DNA of 63,087 nt, counting the filler, from Octopus bimaculoides (lineage: Eukaryota), in NCBI RefSeq assembly GCF_001194135.2. It is 7 parts of 7 records of this genome, joined end to end, with 100 filler letters (N's around TTAATTAATTAA, not from the genome) between each part and the next. Parts side by side here need not be neighbours in the genome. Positions count along the whole stretch, not along the records: positions 7,316 to 31,611 come from NC_068987.1; 6 more parts are not named here. The stretch is one strand, 5' to 3'. A program made the translations under genes and the position numbers. The notes beneath the pieces were generated by a model, which was not told where the DNA came from, did no database searches, and saw nothing but the letters and a program-made list of their open reading frames with translations. This document shows positions 12,596 through 25,013 of the stretch, piece by piece. Numbering within the stretch: position 1 is the first letter of the stretch; each line of letters opens with the position of its first letter.

Positions 12596-12645
<50 letters not shown>
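12511..12645. repeat. (ATT)n microsatellite
   Basis: Directly visible. Confidence 0.97.
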
Positions 12646-13271
12646 TGCGGGGGGTCGACTTTGCTTTTCTTCCTTTCGATAAATNNNNNNNNNNNNNNNN
12701 NNNNNNNNNNNNNNNNNNNNNNNNNNNNNNNNNNNNNNNNNNNNNNNNNNNNNNNNNNNNNNNNNNNNNNNNNNNNNNNNNNNNNNNNNNNNNNNNNNNN
12801 NNNNNNNNNNNNNNNNNNNNNNNNNNNNNNNNNNNNNNNNNNNNNNNNNNNNNNNNNNNNNNNNNNNNNNNNNNNNNNNNNNNNNNNNNNNNNNNNNNNN
12901 NNNNNNNNNNNNNNNNNNNNNNNNNNNNNNNNNNNNNNNNNNNNNNNNNNNNNNNNNNNNNNNNNNNNNNNNNNNNNNNNNNNNNNNNNNNNNNNNNNNN
13001 NNNNNNNNNNNNNNNNNNNNNNNNNNNNNNNNNNNNNNNNNNNNNNNNNNNNNNNNNNNNNNNNNNNNNNNNNNNNNNNNNNNNNNNNNNNNNNNNNNNN
13101 NNNNNNNNNNNNNNNNNNNNNNNNNNNNNNNNNNNNNNNNNNNNNNNNNNNNNNNNNNNNNNNNNNNNNNNNNNNNNNNNNNNNNNNNNNNNNNNNNNNN
13201 NNNNNNNNNNNNNNNNNNNNNNNNNNNNNNNNNCACCCCCACCTCCGTTCGATTTTCTGGTGATCGTTAGA

Positions 13272-13342
<71 letters not shown>

Positions 13343-14270
13343 AACCATAAAAAGTCAGGAGATTTAAATATGTTTATTTAACCACTTGACATCCTTAGGA
13401 TAATAACCGTTTCACAGCACGGAAGAAATTATGTTTACATGTTTGCATTAATATGAATGCTCGGCTTTATGCAATACAATTGCATATTCAAAAATCAATG
13501 CAAATATAGAAAGCTAGCTCGTAAAATTATCAGAATATCATGGTTACACCAACAATTCAACGATTCAACTCTATACGTACAAAATTTTCTCTTTATGTAT
13601 ACAATATATAGAAGACGGGACTAAACAAAAATTAGCTTGGTTTGGTCAATAAGAAATATAAGATATATTGATTTCATGCCAATTAAAGGAGTAGATAAAA
13701 ATTCAAGGAATTAACAACAATCAGGAAAGGATAAAAAGAGGAAGCAGGTAAACAAAATAAACAGTAAAAAGTATAAAAAAATATGTATAAAGATATATTA
13801 TAATGAATGACATGAGGGACAGAGCGCTGCAGATATAAAGATTAAACCAATAAATCGTAAATAATAACAAAAAACTTCAAATAGGCTTAAAAGACAAAAA
13901 GATCTCCACAAAAGAAAATGGGGCTTTAAATTAAAATCACATTCTTCGACCACACAACAAAATATTTTCTAACCTTACGAACTTTAGTAAAGCCAAAATC
14001 GTGCGCATATATATATANNNNNNNNNNNNNNNNNNNNNNNNNNNNNNNNNNNNNNNNNNNNNNNNNNNNNNNNNNNNNNNNNNNNNNNNNNNNNNNNNNN
14101 NNNNNNNNNNNNNNNNNNNNNNNNNNNNNNNNNNNNNNNNNNNNNNNNNNNNNNNNNNNNNNNNNNNNNNNNNNNNNNNNNNNNNNNNNNNNNNNNNNNN
14201 NNNNNNNNNNNNNNNNNNNNNNNNNNNNNNNNNNNACAGATGTATACAGCAAAACTATTTGGCGCAATGG

Positions 14271-14342
14271 CCCAGTGGTTAGGGTAGTGGACTCGCCATC
14301 GGAGGATCGCGGTTTCGATTCCCAGACCGAAGGTTGGGTGTG
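14271..14342 (+). mobile_element. tRNA-derived SINE head (family K), truncated
   Basis: GGCGCAATGGCCCAGTGGTTAGGG...CGGTTTCGATTCCCAGACCG with A and B boxes; same head as the 25014-25392 and 48505-48785 copies. Confidence 0.85.
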
Positions 14343-15879
14343 TTTATATGTGCATATGTTTGTGTGTCTGTGTTTGTCTCCCAACATCGCTTGAAAATTG
14401 TGTGTGTGTGTGTGCTATATATATGTATATGATAAATTACCGGTGTTATGCGCTTACATACTTTAAGCTTTGAGAAGCTATAATTCATTAACTGAACACT
14501 ACAAAGCGATGATTAGAAAAGATCTGTGTACATTTATGTTTAGCTCATTCATATACACACAAATGTAGAAAGAACCCCGTTGTGGAACTATATCCGAAGA
14601 GAATCTCTGCTTTTAGACAATGTGTGTTAATTTCAGCTTGACAAAGCTTTGCACAAGCGAACAAATTTATTTATCGTTATTTACATATAACGAGTAATTT
14701 CTAGTGAAATATGAACGATAGATCCGTTGTCTGTAACTGATGAAGCACAAAGACGCAGAAAAACGTGCTTTGCAGTCTAATTACGCCATTCATATATCAG
14801 TTCAATGTGTTTTCAGAGTTAATGTCTATAAAGGTAATTTCTCTTTTATGATAATTACCGTAGCGAAGGTATTTCTACATTTGAGTGTACACAGACTTGT
14901 TGAATATAAATGTACACAGATTTATTGTAATCGTCGATGCTTAATGAGCATTCAATTAATTAATTTCATTTAGAAAAAGCTTGAACACTCTAGCAAATTT
15001 TGTTTTTGTTGATTACACCTGTAAGAACAACAGTTCTTCATGGATTTGGTATTTGAAACTGATGAAGCGTCACTATCCAGTAATACGTGTCTTATAGTCT
15101 GATGTCATCATTCATATCTATAAGGAGGATGTCTCTTTCGAGACAGTTACCATCTTTGAGTGTACACTTATTTTATTATCGGTGTTTAATATGTATTTAA
15201 TTACCTACGCTCTCTTACGCATGTCTATATATACACTAACACGTACATATATTGTCTAGTCTGTTTGTGCACATGGAACTACATTTTCTATAATTGAAGG
15301 CGGTACGGTGTAGGTTGAGGTAAAGTAGGCTGATGAATCTGACAGGTTTCATCTTTGAGCAGAGCACTCTCATTTTATATCGCACTCCGCCACCAAAAAT
15401 TAAAAAAAAATTGATATCATACTGTAGTCCTTAATAAGTCGTGTATATTATAGACGATATTGTTGAACATTGTTTCTGGCAAATCATTCGAGTTCATTCA
15501 GAGATAAAAATAAGATTCCAAACAAGTCTCAGTAAATTAATCTAGTCTATTAGGTGATTATCCAATCAAAACTTGAATTGAAGATGGTTCGCGTCTAACT
15601 TAACGAACAACTCTACATCTTACAACGCAGAGTAGATAAACGAAAAACTTTAAACAGTTAAATCGAAGGATATTAAAGTGAAGACCCTGAAGAAACAGCA
15701 CCGGTTGGGTAGCAATTGCAATGGTTACTAATCGGTACTGTTCAAACATCTGCAGGTCTATGAAAAGGTATACATATATATAAAGTATTAAAGGTAATAC
15801 TATGATATATCGTAATAATCCTTATATATATATATACACACACACATCAACTTTTAGAATCGTAGAATCTTTAGAATGT

Positions 15880-16600
15880 TGGGAAAACGCCTTGCAGTAC
15901 GTTTTCGGTTATTTACGTTCTGAGTTCAACTTTGCCTTTCATCTGTTCTATGTTGACAAAATAAAATACCAACTAAGTACAAGTGGCAGTGATATTGACT
16001 GTTCCTTTCTCCTTAAAATTGCTGGCCTTGTACCAAAATTTGAAACCACTTATAAGCCGGTGAGCTGGCAGAATCGTTAGTATGCAGCATTTCTTCCGGC
16101 TTTATGTTCTAAGTTCTAATTTTGCAGAGGTCTACTTTGCCCTTTATCCCTTCGAGGTCGATGTAATCGACTTCCCCGTCCCTAAAAAGAAAAACAAAAA
16201 ACTGATGGCTCAGTGCCAAAATCTGGAAAGCCATTATTATTATTAAAACAAGCAGGATAACAGAAAAATCTAAATGATTTGGCTCTTCAGCTCAAAAACC
16301 ACTGAATCTGGTCTCACCACCTGATGTAGTTTTTCTACAAAAAGTGCAAATTGTATACGGAATTGGCAAAGAAATATAAATCATATCAGTTTAAAATTTT
16401 GACACAAGGCCAGCAGGATCGGGAAGGGAATAAATCGATTACATAGACCTCAGTCTTCAACTGGTATATATATTATCGATCTTAAGAAGATGAAAGGTAA
16501 AGTCAACCTCGGCAGAATTTGAACTTAGAGCGTAAAGACGGACGAAATGCCTCAAGTATTGTACCCAGCGTGCTAACAATTCTACCAGCTTTCTGCCATA
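15880..16600. mobile_element. Cluster of three SINE family N copies (+ ~15880-16060, + ~16062-16250, - ~16395-16600)
   Basis: Diagnostic GTTCT.AGTTC.AA / GCC.TT.ATC / GGCCTTGT.CCAAAATTT segments in both orientations. Confidence 0.8.
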
Positions 16601-17354
16601 ATGGAGTATGTCATATTGTAGACTACATCTTTTCGTTTTATTCCTCACATTGTACTCATATAGATACGTTCAACAAAATTTGCTATCAATATCAAAGAAA
16701 CCTGGCATTCCTTTAAATTTTTCAGTGTAATTCTTCCGGGGTTATGAAAATAATGCCAATTCATTTCAGTTTGCTATAATTCTTTTATAAACACCGTGTG
16801 ACGTTGTGTGATATTGTAAGAGATAGTTATTATTTTTATCGTCATCATCACCATAGAAGAATAGGTCTTTGTATTCGATTGTATTACGTTCTTAACAGTA
16901 ATATCTATTGATTTCTTTCATTCAACCATTTAATAGAATAGGCTTCCTAGAGGAAAGCAGGTTTTAAAACCGGAATTGGAAGAGAAAATTAGTGAGAAAG
17001 TTCCGTCAACCGTCTCAACCAACTTCTGAAATTGTTTACAGAAATTACTTAAGCTAGCTTAATATTTCATGCAAAGGGAAATAACCAAAAGAGATCTCAG
17101 GTCGAACCAAATCTGTGGATCGCTTCTTATTTGTAGTTGATGCAAGATTATTTCATTTGCACTGTTGATAATATTAAAAAAAGTATGAATGTCATACAAT
17201 CACTTTTCTTTTCATTTCAAATCAATGACCTTGTATTAGAGTAATAAATCAATACTTGAATTCTTGTGAAATCACTTTGCATGTAATCTCTTGCTGTGTC
17301 AGTTTATGATCTGATTTTGATCAACGACTGAAGTATTTTCTCTTCATTGAACAT

Positions 17355-18090
17355 TAACAAATATTTTGACTTAGGCACAAGTCAGCAAATGTAAGAGCTG
17401 GGGATTAGTCTACCCTATCGACCCCAGTGCTTGAGTGGCATTTTATTTATTTGACTCTGGAGAGATGAAAGGTAAAGTTGACCTCTGTGGAATTTGAATT
17501 GAAAATGTTAAGAACAGGAACAAATAGCGCAAAGTATTTATTCCTGCGCTTTAGCGATGCAACATTAACGATTCAGATCATCGCCCTTTCACTAACATTA
17601 ATAGTTCTTTCTAATTTTGGCATAGGGCCTGCAATTATGTCGTGAATGGGTAAGTCGTCTACATCGACCTCAGTAACTGACTGGTACTTATTTTATGGAA
17701 CCCTCTTCCCCCAAGAAAAGATGAAAGCAAAGTCGACTCCGGCAGAATTTGATCTCAGAACTTAAGCAATAAGAAATGCAACTAAGCTGTTTGTTCGACG
17801 GGCTAACGATTTTGCCAGTTTCACGTCTTAAACACTAACATTAATAATTTCAAATTTTAGCAGAAAGCCAGCAATTTTGACCAATTACATCAATCCCATT
17901 GCTCAACTGGTAATTATTTAATTGACCCCAGTGCTCAACTGGTACTTATTTGACCCCAAAAGGATGAAAGCCAGAGTTGACTTCGGCAGAATTTGAACTC
18001 AAAGTGTAATGTATCGGAAGAAATGCCGCGAAGCATCATGTTCGGAGTGCAGACGATTCTGTCAGATCACCGGACTGACACTAACATCGC
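17355..18090 (-). mobile_element. Head-to-tail array of three SINE family N copies
   Basis: Three minus-strand copies (~17370-17585, 17615-17825, 17850-18075), each bordered by CACTAACAT(TAATA). Confidence 0.85.
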
Positions 18091-18586
18091 TTTGTGACTA
18101 GACGTTTGAAACTGGTATTTACAGAGACTGTAAAAACCTTCTCAGAAAGTCTATTACATATAAATTGAACATTTAATTTTGATATCCTCTGCGTATATTA
18201 TTTTCTTTCATTTTAGCATTTACGAAGGAAAGTTAGAGTTTTATTAGGCTACTAAGAACGAAATAAGATTAATAAGTTTATATGTAGTTTAAATTCTTGA
18301 AGTGTTAGGAAATATAAATAGTAATAGAAAGGGATATGAACGTCTTCAATTTTGGGAAAAGAGTTGACAAAAAAAACACGTGATTTTAGTACTTCTATCA
18401 TGTCAGACTATCATTTGAAGATTCTTGTATCCTTCACAGCGTAAAAGCGAAATATGTTTCTTCTCTTCGTATTTATTTGTTTAGAGGTAATTTCAACAAT
18501 TGACAAGTGAGTGCTATTACAGAGGAAAGATGGCAGCTCCAATGATAGGATTTAAAACATCTCCGTTTGATCAGCAGTTCAAAAAC

Positions 18587-19167
18587 CTATTGATTCAGAC
18601 AGCTCTATAACCAATTAATTCACACTATAAGTGTACTGTGTGTTGACTCAAGTGGCACATCCACAACTATTGACCCAGAAAACATTTCTACAACCTATTG
18701 ACTCAGAAAACATCTTTTCAACCTGTTAACTCGGATAATAGCTCCACAAACTATTGACTCGGGTAACAATTCTACAACATATTGACTCAGATAACACATC
18801 TAGAACTTATTGATTCAGGCAACATCTTTATGCTCTGTTGACTGAGACTACGGCTTTTAAAAGGTACTGATTCAGGAAATATGTCTACAACCTATCAACT
18901 CTGACAACACCTCTACAATTTATTGGCTGAGACAACAATTCTACAACCTATTGACTCAAACATCTCTATAACCTGTTGATTCAGACAATAGCTTCATAAA
19001 GTACTGATTCAGGGAACATCTCTACACCTATAATCTCAGACAACAGCTCTATAATTTATTGGCTGAGGCAACAATTCTACAACCTATTGGCTCAGGCAGC
19101 AACTTTACAAAGTATTGAATCAGATAACAACTCTATGGTTTATTGGCGCAGGCAGCAGCTCTACAAC
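18587..19167. repeat. Degenerate 28-bp minisatellite (~20 units) with ~137-bp higher-order repeat
   Basis: Consensus approx. CTATTGACTCAGACAACANCTCTACAAC; units counted by hand are mostly exactly 28 nt. Confidence 0.92.
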
Positions 19168-19250
19168 AGACATGCAGTTGCCTCATGGCACTAGGGAAAG
19201 ACAGCAAAATAATGTGGTTTCCATAAATAGCATTGTTAGTTTTAACATAC

Positions 19251-19356
19251 CTACTGGCTTCCATATTTCTGTCATGTTACTGAAGTGATCCCAGTCAGTG
19301 CCTTCAGAATTTAGCCATAATATCTCTTCGGTGAATTCTAAAGGCTTCACTCCATT
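19251..19356 (-). CDS. Putative internal coding exon of an unidentified host gene (106 nt)
   Basis: Acceptor tttctcactaatttttctttacag| with branch-like CTAAT; donor AG|gtatgt. Only the phase-0 frame is fully open: NGVKPLEFTEEILWLNSEGTDWDHFSNMTEIWKPV. No homologue recognised. Confidence 0.6.
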
Positions 19357-19585
19357 CTGTAAAGAAAAATTAGTGAGAAACTGAAAATAGCAAAAAAAAC
19401 ATTCTCTCTAACTGCTGACTCATCAAGTAAAAAAAATATCGTCCTATATTAGTAACAGTTGTAACGTTTACAATTATACATCCACATAATTATTGGGGCT
19501 GGGATAATATACGATATGAAATTACATTTTGCTTCTGTGGTTTTAAGTCGTTAACTTATACTAGAGTTTATATTTGCCAATATAC

Positions 19586-19885
19586 AGGCACAGACGTGGC
19601 CGTGTGGTAAGAAACTTGCTTTCCAAGCACATGGTTCCGGGTTCAGTACCATTGTGTGGCACATTGGGTAAGTGTCTTCTGCTATAACCTCGGGCCGACC
19701 AAAGCCTTGTGAGTGGATTCGGTATACGGAAATTAAAAGTAGCGGTTCGGCAAAAAATAACAATAGAATAAATATCAGGCTTATAAAAATAAATACTAGG
19801 TTCTAATATTCGACTTAAAATTCTTCAAGGTGGTACCCCAACATGGCCGCAGTCTAATGACTGAAGCAAGTAGAAGATAAAAGAT
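19586..19885 (+). mobile_element. tRNA-derived CORE-type SINE (family C), internally deleted
   Basis: GTGGCCGTGTGGTAAGAA...GGTTCCGGGTTCAG head; GGCACATTGGGTAAGTGTCTTC CORE-like segment; tail AGCGGTTCGGCAAAA...CATGGCCGCAGTC.AATGACTGAA.CAAG. Confidence 0.88.
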
Positions 19886-20286
19886 ATATAAGATACCACG
19901 TTTGTTCTAATTTTATTTATATTTTTGTAACTAGCATTTTCGGTACAAGGAAACTATTATTAGAGCTCAAAGAAGATAATTTGTTAGGAAGTTAGGGATT
20001 GAGGCTAAGTAATTGAGTGTTAAGGAAAATTATTAGATCCGATATTTTCTTAACCATGATGAAAATAAATCAGACTCTAAACTTGAAAAAAAAAAAAAAA
20101 AAAGAGTCAGTGTAAATTCAGAAATTAACTAAAACTGTTAATCTAAAGAGTGTTTCTTAAAGTGAGCGGTACCGTTCTATTTTGGGCGATGCAGCAGATT
20201 TTATACTGCCTGCTTTAGTCTTTGTGTTCTATCTAAATATTAAGTTTAGGGCTTTTTTTAAAATTGTAATATGATAAACTGCCTTG

Positions 20287-20493
20287 AGGCGGCGAGCTGG
20301 CAGAATCGTTAGCACGCCTGTCGAAATGCTTAGTACCATTTCGTTCGTCTTCATGTTCTGAGTTCAAATTCCGTCAAGGTCGATTTTATCTTTCATCCAC
20401 TCAGGATCGATAAAAGGAGCACAGGGGTCGATGTAATCGTCTTACTCCCTACCCCCAAATTGCTGGCCTTGTGCCAAAATTTTAAACCAATAT
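20287..20493 (+). mobile_element. SINE family N, full length
   Basis: GGCGGCGAGCTGGCAGAATCGTTAGCACGCC...AAATTGCTGGCCTTGTGCCAAAATTTTAAACC. Confidence 0.92.
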
Positions 20494-21632
20494 GATAAAA
20501 TGCTTGCAAATCGAGAAGAGAGTGGAGTAAGTGATGTGACCGCAGAATACTGAAAACAGAAGTTCCACTGGGATGAATAACAAGGCTCACAGACAACAAG
20601 TAGACATGTGCGGTCGTCGAGTGTTATCCGAGAGATCGGATGTGATCATTCAGAAAACTTCTAAGGCAATGGGAAAACGACACAGTGAAACAAACTGAAC
20701 TCAAATTGAAGAGGAAGGGGTAATTAAAGGAAGAATGACTGTGCATTATCACAACAACAAAACAATGCCAACGATAATATCAAAAAATATTAGACCTAGA
20801 AATGTGAAAAAATAAACAAATCCGAATATATACGACCTCTACGCTGTGGTAAGTAGTCACCCATATCAAACTAGTAACCGGAAATTGATTACTCTGGATT
20901 AATATTACGCGTATGTACGTTAAAGATGAGATGAGATGTTGAATTGTGTTAGTAAAGGGGAAAGAAGTGAAAGAAGTGAAAATTGTTCCAGAAACACTGA
21001 TCTAAATAAGCCGTGTGACAACATGATTACACTGCTGCATCGAATATGTGTCTCCAATGATTAATTTCAAAACAGGCCAAAAGAGACGACCTAAATGTCA
21101 AGGATTGAAAGAATATGGTAATAGTCAGCATTATTGCGTGATACAGGAACTCCTGGAAAATCTTTACTTTTAGAAATTGATAAGAATGAAGGTGAATGTT
21201 CGCAGATATGCAAAGAGGTAATTAGTTCTCTAATAATCGTCAGATTATTTATACATTAGTTGAGTCATTTGCACATATGACAGCTTTCACACGCTATTGA
21301 CAACTTAAATTCTCCGTAATTAATAATATCATAACGTGACGAATAATTTACATTATAAAGTTTGCACGTTTACGCGCACGTGTACATTTGTATATGTGTA
21401 TTTATAAGATAGTTTAAATTTACTTCGTGGTTTATACCTAATTAATTGTTAAAATTCACATACAATTTAAAGTTATATAAAGAAATGATTTAAATAATTG
21501 CAAGTTATTCTCACACTCACAAATACATAGATGTGTGCGTATGTATGAATATATGTATGTGTGCGAGTTTGTATGTATATGTCTGTTATATACTGAGAGC
21601 TTTTCCTCACGTATGTCAATAGAGAATACACA

Positions 21633-21698
<66 letters not shown>

Positions 21699-21989
21699 GT
21701 ACATTGGTTCGTGTCGGGAGAATAAGAAAGAAGTGCTCAATACATGTTGCAGAGGATATGTTTTCCTTCATTAAAACTGAATCTGAGACTTTGTCTCATG
21801 ACTTGAGTTTCACATCTGCCTGGATATCATAGTGGCCTGAAACTCGCATCATGAGGTAACCTCTTAGCTCCAACTTTAATAAAAAAAAAACGGTTGCTGT
21901 CTGGGGTATTAGGTGGCCAGATGTTAGGGTTAATGTGGTCAATATGTGAAATTGCTAACATTATCTGTTTTTATCTCTTCACAACTGCT

Positions 21990-22580
21990 GATATTACTCA
22001 CAATTTAATCCTCATTGGATGGAGATAATCAACAAGGCGGGGGCAAGGTAATGGCGTGGTGTGGGATTTGGCACAATCAAATAATTGAAACATTTTATTT
22101 TGAGGGCTCTATGACAGATGATTCGTATCTGGGATTTTGTCCGGGATTGCTTATCTACAGGCCAGTCCCCTTTCCGCAAACGGGGGACTCGATGCATGGG
22201 AGTTATCGTCACCGCACAACTTTTTATACACGCACACACATTATCTTTTACTTGTTTCAGTAATTAGGCGCTCCCAACATGAGGTACTGTCTTGAAGAGG
22301 TTTTAGTACTTTTTTTAAAGTCTGGTATTTATTCAATCGGATTTTTTTGCCGAACCGCTAAGTTACGGGGACGTAAACAAACCAACACCGGTTGTCAAGC
22401 GGTTGTGGAATGGGTCACCAGATTCAACTCTCATGGACTTTTTCTTCTAGGGCTACATTAAATCTCTTGTGCATTCAGAAAAGATCCTAGAACAAGGACA
22501 TCTTCAAAGAATTGTTGAAGCGTGTGAACAAGTCAGCGGCAATGAAGAGTTATTTGAGAAGGTTCATCGCACAAAGACAC
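21990..22580 (+). pseudogene. Tc1/mariner-superfamily transposase remnant interrupted by a family C SINE tail (~22300-22410)
   Basis: NPHW...QGGGKVMAWCGIWHNQIIETFYFEG...SYL and PDSTLMDFFF*GYIKSLVH..KI...HLQRIVEAC (degenerate SPDLTPxDFFLWG motif). Confidence 0.75.
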
Positions 22581-22585
22581 ACGCA

Positions 22586-22673
<88 letters not shown>

Positions 22674-22674
22674 A

Positions 22675-22820
22675 TAAGCTATTTTCAGTTTCTGTCTACG
22701 AAATCCACTCACAAGGCTTTGGTCTACCAGAGGCTAAGCTATAGTAGAAGACATTTGCCCTAAGGTGCTATGCAGCGGGACTGAAGCCAGAACAGTGTGG
22801 TTGGGAAACAAGTTTCAGAC
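22675..22820 (-). mobile_element. Family C SINE head/CORE
   Basis: TTTCAGTTTCTGTCTACGAAATCCACTCACAAGGCTTTGGTC...ATAGTAGAAGACA.TTGCCC is the reverse complement of the family C 5' half. Confidence 0.85.
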
Positions 22821-24542
22821 TAAAATCCAAAAACCACGACTAACATCAAAATCATCATCTCTCTCGTGATATATAATTTTAATTATTTGACTCAATATTA
22901 CTCTTGTTTTCTTTATTGGTGTAGAATGCATCAATAGCAGAGTTACGACTAACTTTAGTTAGTTTACAAACACATATCATCCCTGTGATTTGTATAATTA
23001 TATATTTAATTCACAACTACAATTGAGAACATTTCTATATATCTAAAAACAAATTGCTCATTACAAATCAGACTATTTTCATGGAAAATCGACACATACA
23101 CGGCGCACACAGACAGTCAGACAGACAGACACACGCACGTACAAGCACATGCATACACGTACTCGCGCACAAACCCACGTCCATTCACTTTTACAAGGAA
23201 AACTGATTGGGCTTTCTAACCGTCATCAGACAGGTGTACTTTGGTTTGGATTTCAAGCCTCATACATAGTGTTTTTGGCAGGGTGCTTCTTTGTTGGGTG
23301 GAGCAATGTATAAGAAATTAGGTGTGGCATAAGTGAGATTTTAGGCAAAAAAAAAAAAAAGAATGGCTGGATTGCAAGAAGAGATGGTGAAGAACAGGAA
23401 AAAAGTAGTATAGAATTGAAGGGTATGAGTAGAATGGAAGTTATGGTGAAGATAATGTTTTTTCTAATTTGTCATTATTTGGGTCCAGTCACGCATGTGT
23501 GCATACACTGTACGCGTATACATTTATATATGCACATATATATACATGGGTGTATATATATATATATTATATATATATATTATATATATATATATACATA
23601 TATATTATATATACACATATACATACATATATACATACATGCATACATACATATACATACATGCACACACAAACACACATATACATATATTTATTTATAT
23701 TTGTTTATAGATAAAGATGTATATACATACATACATGCATACATTCTGAAACTTCACCATTGTGAGTTGAATTTGTCTTCTATTCGCTTCTGACTTAGAA
23801 CTCATCACACACATCTAGGCATATAACGTCAGCTGTATGACATTCTCCGCTAATTTTCGATCTTGTGATAAGATACGAAATCATTAAACACGAAACAATG
23901 AAACTTATAACAACGCAAAAACGAAAAGGTGGTAACCTGCCAGAAGTAATAAAATACCCGATTTGAGGTACGTCGCTTCGTTTCTTCACGTAGCGTGTTC
24001 AAGTTTGCCTACATATTTACATTTATCGCTCTATGGTTCGTAATATATCTGCAAGGAATATACTAACAAGGGTAGCTTTACTTGATAATACTGTTTTACT
24101 TCACAGCTAACATTGTACTTAAAGAAAAATACAAAACAAACTATAGTTCCACCTATCAAAAAAATAAGCTATCAGGACATGACTGTGGATAATTCCTGTT
24201 ACAACTGGCCAACGAATCGAATGTGTAACAGAGCAGAAAGAAACAGACAAATCAATATCACTATATTTCGGGGAAAAACCTTTTGACAGAATATGATATT
24301 CATTGATTTCAAGCCGTAAATAAACATCAATCCTATACGCTTCAATGATTCCGAAAACAAGAGGTTAATAAATATAGTGTTAATCTAAAATGAAAGTAAC
24401 AAATGCAGGTAACCATATTTTCATGGATTCATATTTCGCAATAAAGGCGGAAAATATTGTAACAATACAAATAATAATCCCTATTGCATGAGTATACTTT
24501 AAAGGGGGAATCAGCTGTTGTATTGTTTATAACTTTCCCAAG

Positions 24543-24653
24543 GGTGAGAGAAGAGAACTGTGTGAGAGAAGAGAACTGTGTGTGAGAGAAGAGAACTGTG
24601 TGAGAGGAGAGAATTGTGTGTGAGAGAAGAGAATTGTGTGTGAGAGAAGAGAG
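24543..24653. repeat. 18-20 bp minisatellite, ~6 units
   Basis: (GTGAGAGAAGAGAA[C/T]TGT[GT])n visible. Confidence 0.9.
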
Positions 24654-25013
24654 TCGGCTTCGAACTGATACTGAAACCTGTAAGTTGACTTGGCATGGAT
24701 TAAATTTTATTGTACGGCGTTCGTCACTGAAAATTAATAATATCGATCACACACAATGAGAAAAAAGGTGGACTTACAAGTGGTGATTTCATTCAGAAGA
24801 AAAGAACATTGAAATACGGTAAAGAAATTTTACGTCGGTCTACAGAGGACAGAACTTACATAGTTGCTCGTGCGTAGCGGGAGAGGGCGAATGGTCAGAC
24901 GGAGAAAAATAGTGTTGTGGTGGTGGTGGGGGAATGTGAGTGGAAAAAGAATAAGAACTATAGGAAGGCAGATAAAGGAAAAATGTATGCTCAATAGATA
25001 GTTAAATAGAGAG

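Noticed and set aside
12356-13348. Long ORFs spanning N gaps and (TA/CA/ATT)n tracts (also at 26.6-27.4, 55.7-58.0 kb and elsewhere)
   Set aside because: Open only because Ns and simple repeats contain no stops.
14271-14342. tRNA genes (also ~25320-25390, 48715-48785, 51996-52070)
   Set aside because: A and B boxes are present but there is no complete cloverleaf; the heads run into SINE bodies.
14738-14770. Other CTGATGA matches (also ~15059, 15330, 46791)
   Set aside because: No stem II closure, or no GAAA with stem III pairing.
18587-19167. CRISPR-like reading of the 28-bp array
   Set aside because: Contiguous tandem units without unique spacers, eukaryotic context, no cas genes.
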